This document shows positions 10,745-20,981 of a stretch of 64,000 nucleotides of DNA, piece after piece. Position 1 is the stretch's first letter, and every line of letters starts with the position of its first letter. The DNA is from an uncultured Bacillales bacterium (GTDB taxonomy: Bacteria > Bacillota_I > Bacilli_A > RF39 > UBA660), in the NCBI GenBank assembly GCA_946412015.1, contig CAMKGA010000004.1, positions 3,858-67,857 of the forward strand, written 5' to 3'. Under the pieces are notes generated by a model. That model saw only the letters and a program-made list of their open reading frames with translations. It had not been told where the DNA came from and made no database searches. The position numbers and the translations under genes were made by a program.

Positions 10745-12331
10745 ATGAAAAAAAATTCATTTATGGAAGGAGCTATAATTGCTACCTTAGGTATTATTTT
10801 AGTAAAAATAATTGGTCTTATATATGTAATACCATTTAATGCAATTATTGGTGAAAAAGGTGGAGCATTATATGGTTATGCATATAATATATATATGTTG
10901 TTTTTATCTGTATCTAGTGCAGGTTTTCCTTTTGCAATCAGTAAGATTACTAGTGAATATAGTGCTTTAGGTTATAAAAAAGCAATAAAAGATACATATA
11001 AAATTGCAACTAAAATTATTTTAGGAATATCTATTTTTATATTCTTATTATTATTTATATTTGCTCGTCCAATAGGACATTTAATAATTGGAAATTCAAC
11101 AGGTGGTAATAGTCCTGATGATATTGCATTTGTAATTAGAATGGTTTCTTTTGCTATTTTAATAATTCCATTTTTAAGTGTTTCTAAAGGATTTTTACAG
11201 GGGCACAAATATATAAAACCTACTACAGATAGTCAAATTATAGAACAAGTTGTTCGCGTTATAATAATTATATTAGGTAGTTTTCTAGCCTTAAAAGTAT
11301 TCCATACAGATTTAAAAACTGCTGTTGGTATTGCTGTATTTGGTGCATTTTTAGGTGGACTTGCTGCATATCTTTTCTTAAAAAGAAAAATAAAAAAGTC
11401 AAATTTATTACCTGATAAGATAGAAGATAATAAACATATTACATCTAAAGAAATAGTAAAGAAAATACTTGCATATTCAATTCCATTTATTATAGTTAGT
11501 TTAATATATAATTTATATAATACTGTAGATATGATTTTAGTATCACGTACTATGAGTGATATATTACATTTACCTATTAATAGAGTAGAATCTGTACTTA
11601 GCGTATTTACAACCTGGGGTGTTAAACTTAATAATATCTTGCTTGCAGTAACTACAGGACTTACCACAAGTTTAATACCTAATATAGTTGCAAGTTATAC
11701 AAAAGGTGATATGAAAGATGTTAACTCTAAATTTAATAAAGCATTACAATGTACATTACTTGTAATAGTTCCTGCAACATTATTTTTATCATTATTAGTA
11801 AAACCTGTATGGATGCTATTTTATGGTAATAGTAATTATGGCCCTATTGTTTATAAAGTATTTGTATATACAGCTTTATTTGGAGGATTACATTCTGTTG
11901 TTGTAAATACTTTACAAGGACTTAGTAAATATAAGCTAGTAATTATTTGTGTATTAACAGGGCTTTTAATTAACACATTTATGGATGTACCATTTATGTT
12001 AATATCAAATAAATTAGGGTTTGATGTTAGTTATGGAGCAATAGTTGCTGCAATACTTGGATATACTGTATCGATGATAATAGCTTTAATGATATTAAAT
12101 AAAAAGTATGGTTTTAATTTTATGGATACAATAAAGAGAATGCCAAGTTTTATAATTTCTGTAATAGCATTTGTATTGGTTATAGTTTTATTAAAGTTAG
12201 TTATACCAATAGATTTAAAAGGAAGATTTGTTCAAATACCAATACTTTTAGTTTATGGATTGTTAAGTTTTGGTGTATACTTTGTAATTAATTATTTCAG
12301 TGGTAATTTAAAAAGTTTATTTAAAAAATAA
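10745..12331 (+). CDS. MOP-superfamily polysaccharide/lipid-II flippase (SpoVB / MurJ-like)
   Basis: ~14 predicted TM helices; the N-terminal motif matches the SpoVB/polysaccharide biosynthesis protein family. RBS gggaga precedes ATG 10745. Confidence 0.65.
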   Translation: MKKNSFMEGAIIATLGIILVKIIGLIYVIPFNAIIGEKGGALYGYAYNIYMLFLSVSSAGFPFAISKITSEYSALGYKKAIKDTYKIATKIILGISIFIFLLLFIFARPIGHLIIGNSTGGNSPDDIAFVIRMVSFAILIIPFLSVSKGFLQGHKYIKPTTDSQIIEQVVRVIIIILGSFLALKVFHTDLKTAVGIAVFGAFLGGLAAYLFLKRKIKKSNLLPDKIEDNKHITSKEIVKKILAYSIPFIIVSLIYNLYNTVDMILVSRTMSDILHLPINRVESVLSVFTTWGVKLNNILLAVTTGLTTSLIPNIVASYTKGDMKDVNSKFNKALQCTLLVIVPATLFLSLLVKPVWMLFYGNSNYGPIVYKVFVYTALFGGLHSVVVNTLQGLSKYKLVIICVLTGLLINTFMDVPFMLISNKLGFDVSYGAIVAAILGYTVSMIIALMILNKKYGFNFMDTIKRMPSFIISVIAFVLVIVLLKLVIPIDLKGRFVQIPILLVYGLLSFGVYFVINYFSGNLKSLFKK

Positions 12332-12342
12332 GAGGTGATAAA

Positions 12343-12780
12343 ATGATAATAGGAATAGGTAATGATAGACATGCTGTTGAAATTAAAAATAATTTGACAA
12401 AATATTTAACGGATAAGGGTTATAATGTAATAAACTATGGTTCTGATTGCGAGTCATATGATGATTATTGTGATTATGCTTTTAAAGTGGGAGAAGATGT
12501 AGCAAGTAAAAAGTTAGATTATGGCATACTTATATGTAATACAGGAATAGGAATGAGTATTGCTGCTAATAAAGTAAAAGGTGTTAGATGTGCAAAAGTA
12601 TCAGATGAATATGAAGCAAAAATGACAAGAAGAGATAATAATGCTAATGTACTTGCGCTTGGAGCTCATATGGATATTAAAAAAATGTATGAAATTATAG
12701 ATATATTTCTTAACACAGAATATATGAATATTGAAAGATACAATAGAAGATTAGAAAAGATAGATAATTATGACAGCTAA
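12343..12780 (+). CDS. rpiB: ribose-5-phosphate isomerase B (RpiB/LacAB family)
   Basis: MIIGIGNDRHAV...ICNTGIGMSIAANKV is diagnostic of RpiB. Confidence 0.85.
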   Translation: MIIGIGNDRHAVEIKNNLTKYLTDKGYNVINYGSDCESYDDYCDYAFKVGEDVASKKLDYGILICNTGIGMSIAANKVKGVRCAKVSDEYEAKMTRRDNNANVLALGAHMDIKKMYEIIDIFLNTEYMNIERYNRRLEKIDNYDS

Positions 12781-12991
12781 GATAGTTTTATATATTATTA
12801 CAGTACCATTATCAATTTATGCACTTGATAGTATTAGAATAAATAATGTATTTAAAGTAAATAGAGTATTTCAAGCACGACTATTATATTTAATGATTAG
12901 TTTTTCTTTATCTTATCTATTTACAAATTTTTTATACGATTTTTTCTTAAATTGTCAAATAATAAAGTAGTATGTTTTATATGAAAGGTAA

Positions 12992-13912
12992 GTGATCATC
13001 TTGAATATAAAAAAATTACTACTTTTTTCTTTTTTAATAATATTAATTCCATTTATAATAGTAAGCTTATTTATAAGTAATGATAATATAAAATTTAATT
13101 ATACATCTAATAATATAGTTAGAGTTTATAAAGAAAAAGAAAATGTTATTGAATCAGTTCCTTTAGAAGAATACGTATATAGAGTAGTTTCATCTGAAAT
13201 GCCTGCAACATTTAATAAAGAAGCATTAAAAGCTCAAGCTGTTGCATCTAGAACTTATGTTATGTATCAAATAAATAAAAATAAAGATAAAGATTATGAT
13301 GTATATGATTCTGAAAATAGTCAAGTATATAGTACAGAAGATAAATTGAAAGAAAAATGGAAGGATAAATATAGTGAATATAGTAATAAAATAAAAAAAG
13401 TAGTAGTAGAAACAATGGGAGAATGTATATTTTATAATAATGAAATTATTGATGCATTATTCTTTTCAACTTCTGTTGGTTATACAGAAAATAGTGAGGC
13501 AGTATTTAGTGAGAGTCTTCCTTATCTTAGAAGTGTTGAAAGCAAGTGGGATATGGATTCTCCTTCATATGAATCAGAAAAAAGTTTTTCTAAACAAGAA
13601 TTCTGTAATATGTTAAATACTGATTGTTCTAATTTAATAATAGAAGTATTATCTAAAACAGATACTGGTAAGATTGACAAAATTAAAATAAATAATAAAG
13701 AATATACAGGAAAAGAATTAAGAAGTATTTTAGGACTTAGATCAAGTTATTTTGAAATTATAAATGAAAATAATATAATTATTAAAACAAAAGGATATGG
13801 TCATAATGTTGGGATGAGTCAGTATGGTGCTAATGGAATGGCTAATTTAGGATATAAATATAAAGATATTATAAAACATTATTATACTAATGTAGAGGTA
13901 AAAAAATTATAA
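12992..13912 (+). CDS. spoIID: stage II sporulation protein D (SpoIID lytic transglycosylase)
   Basis: SpoIID/LytB domain motifs EMPATF...ALKAQAVASRTYV. The start codon is uncertain (GTG 12992 or TTG 13001). Confidence 0.8.
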   Translation: MIILNIKKLLLFSFLIILIPFIIVSLFISNDNIKFNYTSNNIVRVYKEKENVIESVPLEEYVYRVVSSEMPATFNKEALKAQAVASRTYVMYQINKNKDKDYDVYDSENSQVYSTEDKLKEKWKDKYSEYSNKIKKVVVETMGECIFYNNEIIDALFFSTSVGYTENSEAVFSESLPYLRSVESKWDMDSPSYESEKSFSKQEFCNMLNTDCSNLIIEVLSKTDTGKIDKIKINNKEYTGKELRSILGLRSSYFEIINENNIIIKTKGYGHNVGMSQYGANGMANLGYKYKDIIKHYYTNVEVKKL

Positions 13913-13963
13913 ATTTATGTATAAAATCTCATTTGTGGTTAAAACTGTAAATGAGGTGATAAA

Positions 13964-14617
13964 ATGAATAGAAGATTGAAAAGATCTGTTGTTTATAGTT
14001 TGTACGCTTTATCTATTTGTATGCTTATTGGAGGGATAATTTTACTAGAGGTAAATAGTAAAAAATTAAAAAGTGATAATACTAATACAAATAATGATAA
14101 TAATTATCAATATGTATCAAAAACAGGAATAGATAAAAAAGATATACCTGTTGTTAATACTAAAAATACTTTAATAAGACCATATAAAGATACAGATATA
14201 AAAATAGTAAAAAATTTTTATGATTATAAAGCAACAGAAGAAGAACAGAAAAACTCATTAATTTATTATGAAGGTACTTATATTCAAAGTAGTGGAGTAT
14301 CTTATGGTAAGGAAGATGAATTTGATGTAATAGCTGTATTTGATGGAAAAGTAACATCAGTAAAAGAAGATGAACTATTAGGTAATGTTGTAGTTATTGA
14401 AAATAGTAATGGAATTAAAGCAACATATGAAAGTATTAAAGATATTAAAGTAAAAGAAGGAGATACAGTATCTCAAGGAAATATGATTGCTAAAAGTTCT
14501 ACATCAAACATATCTAAAGATTTAAATAATCATCTTTATTTTGAATTAACTGTTAAAGATACGTCTGTTAATCCAGAAAAATACTTTGATAAATCAATTG
14601 ATGAAATAGGAGCATAA
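13964..14617 (+). CDS. SpoIIQ-like membrane protein with degenerate M23/LytM domain
   Basis: N-terminal TM and a C-terminal LytM-like region, but HLYFEL replaces HLHFE and no upstream HxxxD was seen. Adjacent to spoIID as spoIIQ is in Peptostreptococcaceae-type layouts. Confidence 0.5.
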   Translation: MNRRLKRSVVYSLYALSICMLIGGIILLEVNSKKLKSDNTNTNNDNNYQYVSKTGIDKKDIPVVNTKNTLIRPYKDTDIKIVKNFYDYKATEEEQKNSLIYYEGTYIQSSGVSYGKEDEFDVIAVFDGKVTSVKEDELLGNVVVIENSNGIKATYESIKDIKVKEGDTVSQGNMIAKSSTSNISKDLNNHLYFELTVKDTSVNPEKYFDKSIDEIGA

Positions 14618-14759
14618 TTGCTCTTTTTTAAGTAATAATTATTTATTATTTGAATATGATAATTATGTAAAATATGTGTGCAAAAAAAATGAAAATTTGT
14701 AATTATTGTTAAAAACTAATTAATATATGATATAATATATGTTGCGATGGGGTGATAAA

Positions 14760-15749
14760 ATGTTTACAAAAGATATTGGTATAGATTTAGGTACAGCTAA
14801 TGTATTAATATATATAAAAGGACAAGGTATAGTTCTTAACGAACCAAGTATAGTTGCAATAGATGCAGAAACAAAAAAACCACTTGCAGTAGGTGCAGCA
14901 GCGCGAGAAATGTTTGGAAGAACACCAGGAAGTGTAAAAGCAATTAGACCTATGAAAGATGGAGTAATAGCTGATTTTGAAATAACTGAGATTATGCTTA
15001 ATAACTTTATTAAAAAGGTAAATGGTAAATCGTTTTTTTCGCGCCCTAGAATTCTTATTTGTTGTCCATCAAATATTACCCAAGTAGAAAAAAATGCCAT
15101 AAAAGAAGCAGCAGAAAGAACTGGAGCTAGAAAGGTATTTCTAGAAGTAGAACCAAAAGTTGCTGCAATAGGAGCTGGTATGGATATATCTAAACCAAGT
15201 GGTAATATGGTAATAGATGTTGGTGGGGGAACTACTGATATTGCGATATTATCATTAGGAGGAATAGTTACTAGTTCATCAATAAAAATTGCAGGGAATG
15301 TTTTTGATAATGATATAGTAAAATATATTAAAGATAAGTATAAATTATTAATAGGCGAAAGAACAGCAGAAGATATTAAATTTACAATTGGTTCAGTATT
15401 TCCAGGAAGTAGAAATGAAAAAATGGAGGTTAAAGGTAGAGATTTAGTTACAGGATTGCCTCATACAGTTACAATTACATCAGATGAGATTGAAGAAGCA
15501 CTTAGAGAAAGTATTTATGAGATAATCCATGCTGCAAAAAATGTATTAGAACAAACTCCGCCAGAACTTGCAGCTGATATTATTGATAAAGGAATTGTAG
15601 TAACAGGTGGAGGTGCGTTAGTTCACGGATTTGATGAATTATTATCACATGAGTTAAAAGTCCCTGTATTTATTGCAGAAAGTCCTCTTACTTGTGTTGC
15701 AGAAGGTACAGGAGTTCTTTTAGATAATATTCATTTAATTGGCAAATAA
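14760..15749 (+). CDS. mbl: rod-shape determining protein MreB/Mbl
   Basis: MFTKDIGIDLGTANVLIY... actin-fold ATPase. RBS ggggtga precedes ATG 14760. Confidence 0.9.
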   Translation: MFTKDIGIDLGTANVLIYIKGQGIVLNEPSIVAIDAETKKPLAVGAAAREMFGRTPGSVKAIRPMKDGVIADFEITEIMLNNFIKKVNGKSFFSRPRILICCPSNITQVEKNAIKEAAERTGARKVFLEVEPKVAAIGAGMDISKPSGNMVIDVGGGTTDIAILSLGGIVTSSSIKIAGNVFDNDIVKYIKDKYKLLIGERTAEDIKFTIGSVFPGSRNEKMEVKGRDLVTGLPHTVTITSDEIEEALRESIYEIIHAAKNVLEQTPPELAADIIDKGIVVTGGGALVHGFDELLSHELKVPVFIAESPLTCVAEGTGVLLDNIHLIGK

Positions 15750-15837
15750 AATTTGGAAAATTAAAGAAAAACTATTGCATTTTACAAAAAAATATTATAT
15801 ACTTAATGAGTAATTTAATCAATTGATTGAATTATGT

Positions 15838-15926
15838 GCCTGAGTGGCGAAATTGGTAGACGCACAGGACTTAAAATCCTGCGGGAGTCAAATCCCGTGC
15901 CGGTTCAAGTCCGGCCTTAGGCACCA
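15838..15926 (+). tRNA. tRNA-Leu (anticodon TAA)
   Basis: Cloverleaf with long variable arm, anticodon loop cttaaaa, acceptor gcctgag/cttaggc, 3' CCA encoded. Confidence 0.85.
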
Positions 15927-15933
15927 TTATATT

Positions 15934-16024
15934 GGAGAAATACCCAAGTCTGGTTGAAGGGACTGGTCTTGAAAACCAGCAGGTCGGAAACGGCGCGGGG
16001 GTTCGAATCCCTCTTTCTCCGCCA
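15934..16024 (+). tRNA. tRNA-Ser (anticodon TGA)
   Basis: Long variable arm, anticodon loop cttgaaa, T-loop gttcgaatc, CCA end. Confidence 0.85.
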
Positions 16025-16039
16025 CTAATATTTTAATAT

Positions 16040-16116
<77 letters not shown>

Positions 16117-16121
16117 ATAAT

Positions 16122-16197
16122 GGTCCCGTGGTGTAGCGGTTATCACGTCTGCCTGTCACGCAGAAGATCGCGAGTTCGATTCTCGTCGGGACCGCCA
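16122..16197 (+). tRNA. tRNA-Asp (anticodon GTC)
   Basis: tgcctgtcacgcag anticodon arm is identical to Firmicute tRNA-Asp; CCA end. Confidence 0.8.
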
Positions 16198-16207
16198 TTA
16201 TTTTTTT

Positions 16208-16283
16208 GGCTCTATAGCTCAGTCGGTAGAGCACAGGACTGAAAATCCTGGTGTCGGTGGTTCAATTCCACCTGGAGCCACCA
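16208..16283 (+). tRNA. tRNA-Phe (anticodon GAA)
   Basis: Anticodon loop ctgaaaa, gctcagtcggtagagc D-arm, CCA end. Confidence 0.85.
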
Positions 16284-16296
16284 TAGAAATAATATA

Positions 16297-16314
16297 GCTG
16301 GCATGCCAGCTTTT
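16297..16314 (+). terminator. intra-array hairpin terminator after tRNA-Phe
   Basis: Perfect palindrome agctggcatgccagct followed by tttt. Confidence 0.45.
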
Positions 16315-16377
16315 AAAAAAGACAAATATTGACTTATTTTAAAAAAAGTGATAACATTAATGATGTCTCGGGGATAC

Positions 16378-16454
16378 GCGCTCGTAGCTCAGCTGGATAG
16401 AGTGTTTGGCTACGAACCAAAAGGTCAGGGGTTCGAATCCCTTCGAGCGCACCA
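16378..16454 (+). tRNA. tRNA-Arg (anticodon ACG)
   Basis: Acceptor gcgctcg/cgagcgc, anticodon loop ctacgaa, CCA end. Confidence 0.85.
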
Positions 16455-16460
16455 TATTAT

Positions 16461-16537
16461 CGGGAAATGGCTCAACTTGGTAGAGCACTTGGTTTGGGAC
16501 CAAGGGGTTGCAGGTTCAAATCCTGTTTTCCCGACCA
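16461..16537 (+). tRNA. tRNA-Pro (anticodon TGG)
   Basis: Acceptor cgggaaa/tttcccg, anticodon loop tttggga, CCA end. Its 3' end is the attachment site of the adjacent island. Confidence 0.85.
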
Positions 16538-16572
16538 TTAAGTTTATAAATCCTTGTATTGCAAGGATTTTA
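16521..16572 (+). repeat. attL: 3' end of tRNA-Pro plus downstream hairpin, direct repeat of 22863..22915
   Basis: tcctgttttcccgaccattaagtttataaatccttgtattgcaaggatttt recurs with about 5 mismatches at 22863..22915. It includes the terminator-like hairpin aatccttg-tatt-gcaaggatt. Confidence 0.65.
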
Positions 16573-16612
16573 TAATAATTTGATATTCATAACCCTTATA
16601 AAACACTTAAAA

Positions 16613-17701
16613 TTATTTGTTTTGTTTCATTTGATTCAAGATGTTGACCGCTTTATCTTCATCTTTAGGAATCATATGAGAATAGGTATTGAGTGTCATA
16701 TTGATATCTGAATGTCCTAAACGTTCGGAAATAACTGTTATAGGGACATTCATTGATAAAAGTAAGGATGCATGACTATGTCTGAAGTCGTGTATTCTTA
16801 TTTTTTTGACCTTAGCTATATCACAATACTTATTCTTCTTTCTACCAATTGTTGATGGTGCTAATGGATTTAATCCACCAAATATAAACCAATTATCATT
16901 GAAATCTACACATTGTTGATAATATTTCTTTAAAAGATTAAGTTTATTAATTAATTCATTATCTAGTTTTACTTTTCTGATACTTTGACTAGTTTTAGGT
17001 GTATTAATAATATGTTTGTTATCAACCATTTCTTTAGAGATAGTTTTATTTATGTCTAAATATCCATCTTTAAAATCATTCCAGTTAAGAGCTAGTGCTT
17101 CACCTTGCCTTAATCCAGTATAGTATAGTGTTTCAAATAAGAATTTATATACTAAATCATCAACACATTTAATAAACTTTTGATATTCTTCTATTGTCCA
17201 AAAATCAACATTTTTAACTAACTCTGTTTTTCTTTTGAAATTACCAGTTAGTGTGGCTACATTTGTTTTTAGTCCATAAAACCTAATAGCATAATTTAAG
17301 ATATTAACCATTGCTCCATGCAAACTAGAATTGTATTTATGTTTAAAACCTTTTTTCTCAATTTCAATTTGCCATTTTAAATAAACACTATTAGTTATTT
17401 TATTAAGTTTATAGTTTTCAAAATATGGTAGTATATGATTTTTAAATCTACTCTCAACTGATCTATATGATTGAGTCTTTAATCTTAATTCTTTATAATT
17501 AGCATATTCTTTCCATAAATCATTAAAAGTCATATTAGAGAAATTAAACTTATCTCCCATTTTAAAATCATATTCAGCTTGTTGAGCTTCCTTTTTGGTA
17601 TTAAATCCTTTTCTCTCAAACTGTTTTCTATTTCCATATACATCATCACAATAGGTTCTAAACTTCCATTTCTTTGTTCTCTTATCTTGATATACCGGCA
17701 T
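16613..17701 (-). CDS. int: tyrosine-type site-specific integrase
   Basis: 362 aa; C-terminal catalytic region ...HDFRHSHASLLL...LGHSDINMTLNTYSHM carries the R-H-R-Y box residues; immediately adjacent to the tRNA. Confidence 0.9.
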   Translation of the reverse strand: MPVYQDKRTKKWKFRTYCDDVYGNRKQFERKGFNTKKEAQQAEYDFKMGDKFNFSNMTFNDLWKEYANYKELRLKTQSYRSVESRFKNHILPYFENYKLNKITNSVYLKWQIEIEKKGFKHKYNSSLHGAMVNILNYAIRFYGLKTNVATLTGNFKRKTELVKNVDFWTIEEYQKFIKCVDDLVYKFLFETLYYTGLRQGEALALNWNDFKDGYLDINKTISKEMVDNKHIINTPKTSQSIRKVKLDNELINKLNLLKKYYQQCVDFNDNWFIFGGLNPLAPSTIGRKKNKYCDIAKVKKIRIHDFRHSHASLLLSMNVPITVISERLGHSDINMTLNTYSHMIPKDEDKAVNILNQMKQNK

Positions 17702-17969
17702 ATTTTAAAGTCCTATTATTTAATTTAACTTCTGTATCTGCCATGCTAATAATATAATCTAAATCAAGACCAAGATATTCAATTACTTTTTTAGTAGGTA
17801 CAAGTATTGTTTTACCACTAGGAAGTTGTTTACCATTTTTAACAATTTCATCGGCTATTACTTTTCTGATTTTAATCGCACTGTTTCTTCCGCAATTAGC
17901 AATTAAAGCAATTTCTTTAATACTTGCCCATGGTTTTGATATAATTTTATATAATTCTAAATTGGACAT
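17682..17969 (-). CDS. small excisionase/DNA-binding (Xis-like) protein
   Basis: ~95 aa ORF upstream of and overlapping int, with a strong RBS aaaggaggtgaagat; helix-turn-helix-like segment. Confidence 0.4.
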   Translation of the reverse strand: MSNLELYKIISKPWASIKEIALIANCGRNSAIKIRKVIADEIVKNGKQLPSGKTILVPTKKVIEYLGLDLDYIISMADTEVKLNNRTLKYAGISR

Positions 17970-18108
17970 ATCTTCACCTCCTTTCTTTTGGAAACTTGTT
18001 TCCAAATACACTATACCACTTTAAAAATATTTTGTCAACTAGTTTCCAAAAAATGTTTGGTTTTTTGATAAGATGTGCTATAATGTAGGTGTTGAGGGAT
18101 GTGAATCA

Positions 18109-18609
18109 ATGAAAAAAAAAGAACAAGAATTAGGGGAATTAGTAAAAAAAGCTAGAGAAGAAAAAGGATTATCAGCACGTAAATTAGCTGAGTTATGTAA
18201 TGTGAGTCATACCGAAATTAATAATATTGAAAAAGGTTTAAGAGTAAAACCTGCTGTACTAACACTTAAAGGTTTTGAAAAATATCTTGATTTACCTTTT
18301 GATAAAATAGCTAAGATGGTTGGGTATTCAGATGTAACTATTGACTTTACAGAAAAGAATATAATTGTATCTTATGAAATGTATGATAAATATGTTCAAC
18401 TCAGAAAAAGTGAAGAAGATAATATGTTACATACAATTGATATTAAAAGACATATGGCAATGGATATAAAAAAATCTTTTAATGAAATATATAATTATTT
18501 AAAAAAACAGCCTGATGTTGATAAAACATTATTGAAAAATGCCGATGAAATTATTGATATGCTAAATATAATTGAATTAAAATATGAACCTATTATTAAA
18601 GAAAAATAA
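18109..18609 (+). CDS. XRE-family HTH transcriptional regulator (island repressor candidate)
   Basis: N-terminal ELVKKAREEKGLSARKLAELCNVSHTEINNIEKG is a classic XRE/Cro-C1 HTH; divergent from int/xis. Confidence 0.75.
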   Translation: MKKKEQELGELVKKAREEKGLSARKLAELCNVSHTEINNIEKGLRVKPAVLTLKGFEKYLDLPFDKIAKMVGYSDVTIDFTEKNIIVSYEMYDKYVQLRKSEEDNMLHTIDIKRHMAMDIKKSFNEIYNYLKKQPDVDKTLLKNADEIIDMLNIIELKYEPIIKEK

Positions 18610-18993
18610 TCGTTATAATAATTAAATGATTATTTTTTTTGTGGGCACTTTTCCCTAAATTATTCAAAAATTACATAAAAAAGCACTGTATTTTTTTAAT
18701 GAGCATAAGATGTTCGCCACCCATTTTCGAGTTCCCACTTATAAATCAAAGGAAAAACTGGGTGGCATTTCTATTTTTGCATTTGCAAAAATGCCGACAT
18801 TTTTAAGGAAAAGTGTCCACTCATTATCAAAAACACCATATATATCAACGAATTTAATGCCTACTAATTTAGTGACAAGTACCGGCAATAGTTAAAATGG
18901 TGTTAAAAAAGTGCTTCCTATAATTTTTTTGAATTGATATAAATATGTTGACAATGATAGTTATTTTTTTATATAATAAATTACCAAGAAAGA

Positions 18994-20883
18994 ATGATTT
19001 GGATGAAAAAATTATTAGAATTAAATGAATTATTAAAGAATTATTTAGATATTGACTTTATATACTGTAATAATGAAATTGCAAAAAAAATAAACAATAG
19101 GATAAAAAAACAATTTACTGTAAGCATGAATTTAGAAGATTTAACAAATAAAGTTTATAAACAAAAAGTAAATTTTGAACCTATTAAAAAAAATACTAGT
19201 GATAGTACGCAAGCTGTATCTGCAAATATTAAAGAATTATTTAAAGAAAAAATTTCCAATCCTGATTTAGTATTGTCTTTAGAAAATTTGGGGTATTCAT
19301 ATGAAACAATAAGTTATTATATTGAGACAGAAGAAGAAAAAATGGAATTAGGAATATATAATGAACCTGTCATCAAATTATCTAATATGATAAGCAAAGC
19401 TCATTTTTTAACTCTTTTAGAGAATATGACAAAAAAAGAAATTGATTTTTCAAAATTAGAATATTTAACTTGGGAAGAAGTTGCACCAGCTTTAAATAGA
19501 GAGGGATATGCTAGCACTTGTAAATGTCATAATCCAAATATTTTTAAGAATATTCAATCAATAGATGGAACAATTTTATGTAAGTATTTAGATTTTACTA
19601 ACTATCAGGGCTATAAATCTGACGATTTTTTTCCAAAAAATATTTATGTTACGATTAATCCTTTAGAATACTTTTATGAAAAATTAAGTCTTTCGGAGAA
19701 ATTAATTTTATTTAATGAATCTTGTACAAATGATATTAAACAATCTATCCCTGAACTAATTGATGAAAATCAAATAATAGAACAGATACTATTAATAATA
19801 AAAGATGAAATTGTAAAAAAAGTGTCTAAATATATAGATTTGATAGACAATAAATATATTAAAGGTAGTGAAAATGGAGTCACTAAATTTGATTTAGATA
19901 TTAATAAATCTCTTGATTTTCATTATATTAATCACTTATCTGAAATATATAAATTAGATGTACCTGAATTCACAATAGAAAGTTTGAAGATATTTAAAAA
20001 TAATATATTGGAGATTGAAAATAATAATTTAAAACATTTTATCAAAAAGCGAGAATTAATTGAAACTGAAAAATTTAAAATTGAAATAAAAAACAAAAAA
20101 AATCAGCTTTGTTTTAAAAAAAATAAATCAGCATTTTTAGAAAAAATAATAGAATTTGAAAGATTATTTGAAAATGGAGAAATTTGTGATCCTGATTGGT
20201 ATTTGGAAGATACAACATATAGATCAATAGAAGTTGAGCACTTAACAACATATATAGATAACATAATATATTGTCTAAAAGCTTTTCTTAATGATGATAC
20301 AGAAACGCTGAAAGAAAATCAATTTAATCTTGAATTTGTTAGTGATAATCTAGATTATATTGAAAGAATGTGTAACGAATATATGAGTTATGACCCCCAA
20401 AAGTTTTATGTTGGGAACATTGACAATTTTTATGAATATGGCAAATGGGATAAGTTGCCTTATCAAGAAATAAAATTAATTATTAAATATATTAAAAGCG
20501 AAATGCCTTTTCTTAATGATTATAAAAATGGTCTGTATTCTAATGATACAACTAAAACTCTAGATGAACAAGAAGATAATTGTAATACAAATATTTACAA
20601 TATTGAACGAAAGATCAATTATGACATAGAACAAAATATAAGATTTATTTGTGATGAAATAGAAAAGAATTCTAATATTTATGATGCTTTAACAAATATA
20701 ATTGGTTTACTAGATACTATTAATAAGCCTAATATATTTAATGAAACTATAATTGAACAATTATATGAATTATTGAAAGTGTATGGAATGTTAAGTAATA
20801 GAAAAATTTCTGTTGAATGCGGTATTAATAAGGGACAAAAAGAATCAATACAAAAAGTCTTGATGATAAAAGATAATAAATAA
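18994..20883 (+). CDS. hypothetical 629-aa island cargo protein, no recognisable domain
   Basis: Long ORF with its own TTGACA-N18-TATAAT promoter (18949..18978), located just upstream of Abi_2 inside the island. Confidence 0.3.
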   Translation: MIWMKKLLELNELLKNYLDIDFIYCNNEIAKKINNRIKKQFTVSMNLEDLTNKVYKQKVNFEPIKKNTSDSTQAVSANIKELFKEKISNPDLVLSLENLGYSYETISYYIETEEEKMELGIYNEPVIKLSNMISKAHFLTLLENMTKKEIDFSKLEYLTWEEVAPALNREGYASTCKCHNPNIFKNIQSIDGTILCKYLDFTNYQGYKSDDFFPKNIYVTINPLEYFYEKLSLSEKLILFNESCTNDIKQSIPELIDENQIIEQILLIIKDEIVKKVSKYIDLIDNKYIKGSENGVTKFDLDINKSLDFHYINHLSEIYKLDVPEFTIESLKIFKNNILEIENNNLKHFIKKRELIETEKFKIEIKNKKNQLCFKKNKSAFLEKIIEFERLFENGEICDPDWYLEDTTYRSIEVEHLTTYIDNIIYCLKAFLNDDTETLKENQFNLEFVSDNLDYIERMCNEYMSYDPQKFYVGNIDNFYEYGKWDKLPYQEIKLIIKYIKSEMPFLNDYKNGLYSNDTTKTLDEQEDNCNTNIYNIERKINYDIEQNIRFICDEIEKNSNIYDALTNIIGLLDTINKPNIFNETIIEQLYELLKVYGMLSNRKISVECGINKGQKESIQKVLMIKDNK

Positions 20884-20946
20884 AATCTATAATTTATGGA
20901 GACTAGATTTATTGTATCATTTCTTAAAAATTTTTTGAAAAATGAT

Positions 20947-20974
20947 TTGACATTTGGTCAAAATAGTGTATAAT
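20947..20974 (+). promoter_or_regulatory. sigma-A-like promoter of Abi_2 gene
   Basis: TTGACA at 20947-52, 16-nt spacer, TATAAT at 20969-74. Confidence 0.45.
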
Positions 20975-20981
20975 TATATTT

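Noticed and set aside
12770-12970. 66-aa hydrophobic ORF overlapping the rpiB stop
   Set aside because: It could be a small membrane protein, but there is no RBS and no conservation signal; left unannotated.
16348-16575. 75-aa ORF spanning tRNA-Arg and tRNA-Pro
   Set aside because: The sequence folds as two canonical tRNAs with CCA ends; the ORF is an artefact.
18710-18895. 61-aa ORF inside the structured intergenic element of the tRNA-Pro island
   Set aside because: No RBS, and it overlaps the inverted-repeat/hairpin region, which is more likely RNA or a DNA element. Kept only as part of the finding on that element.
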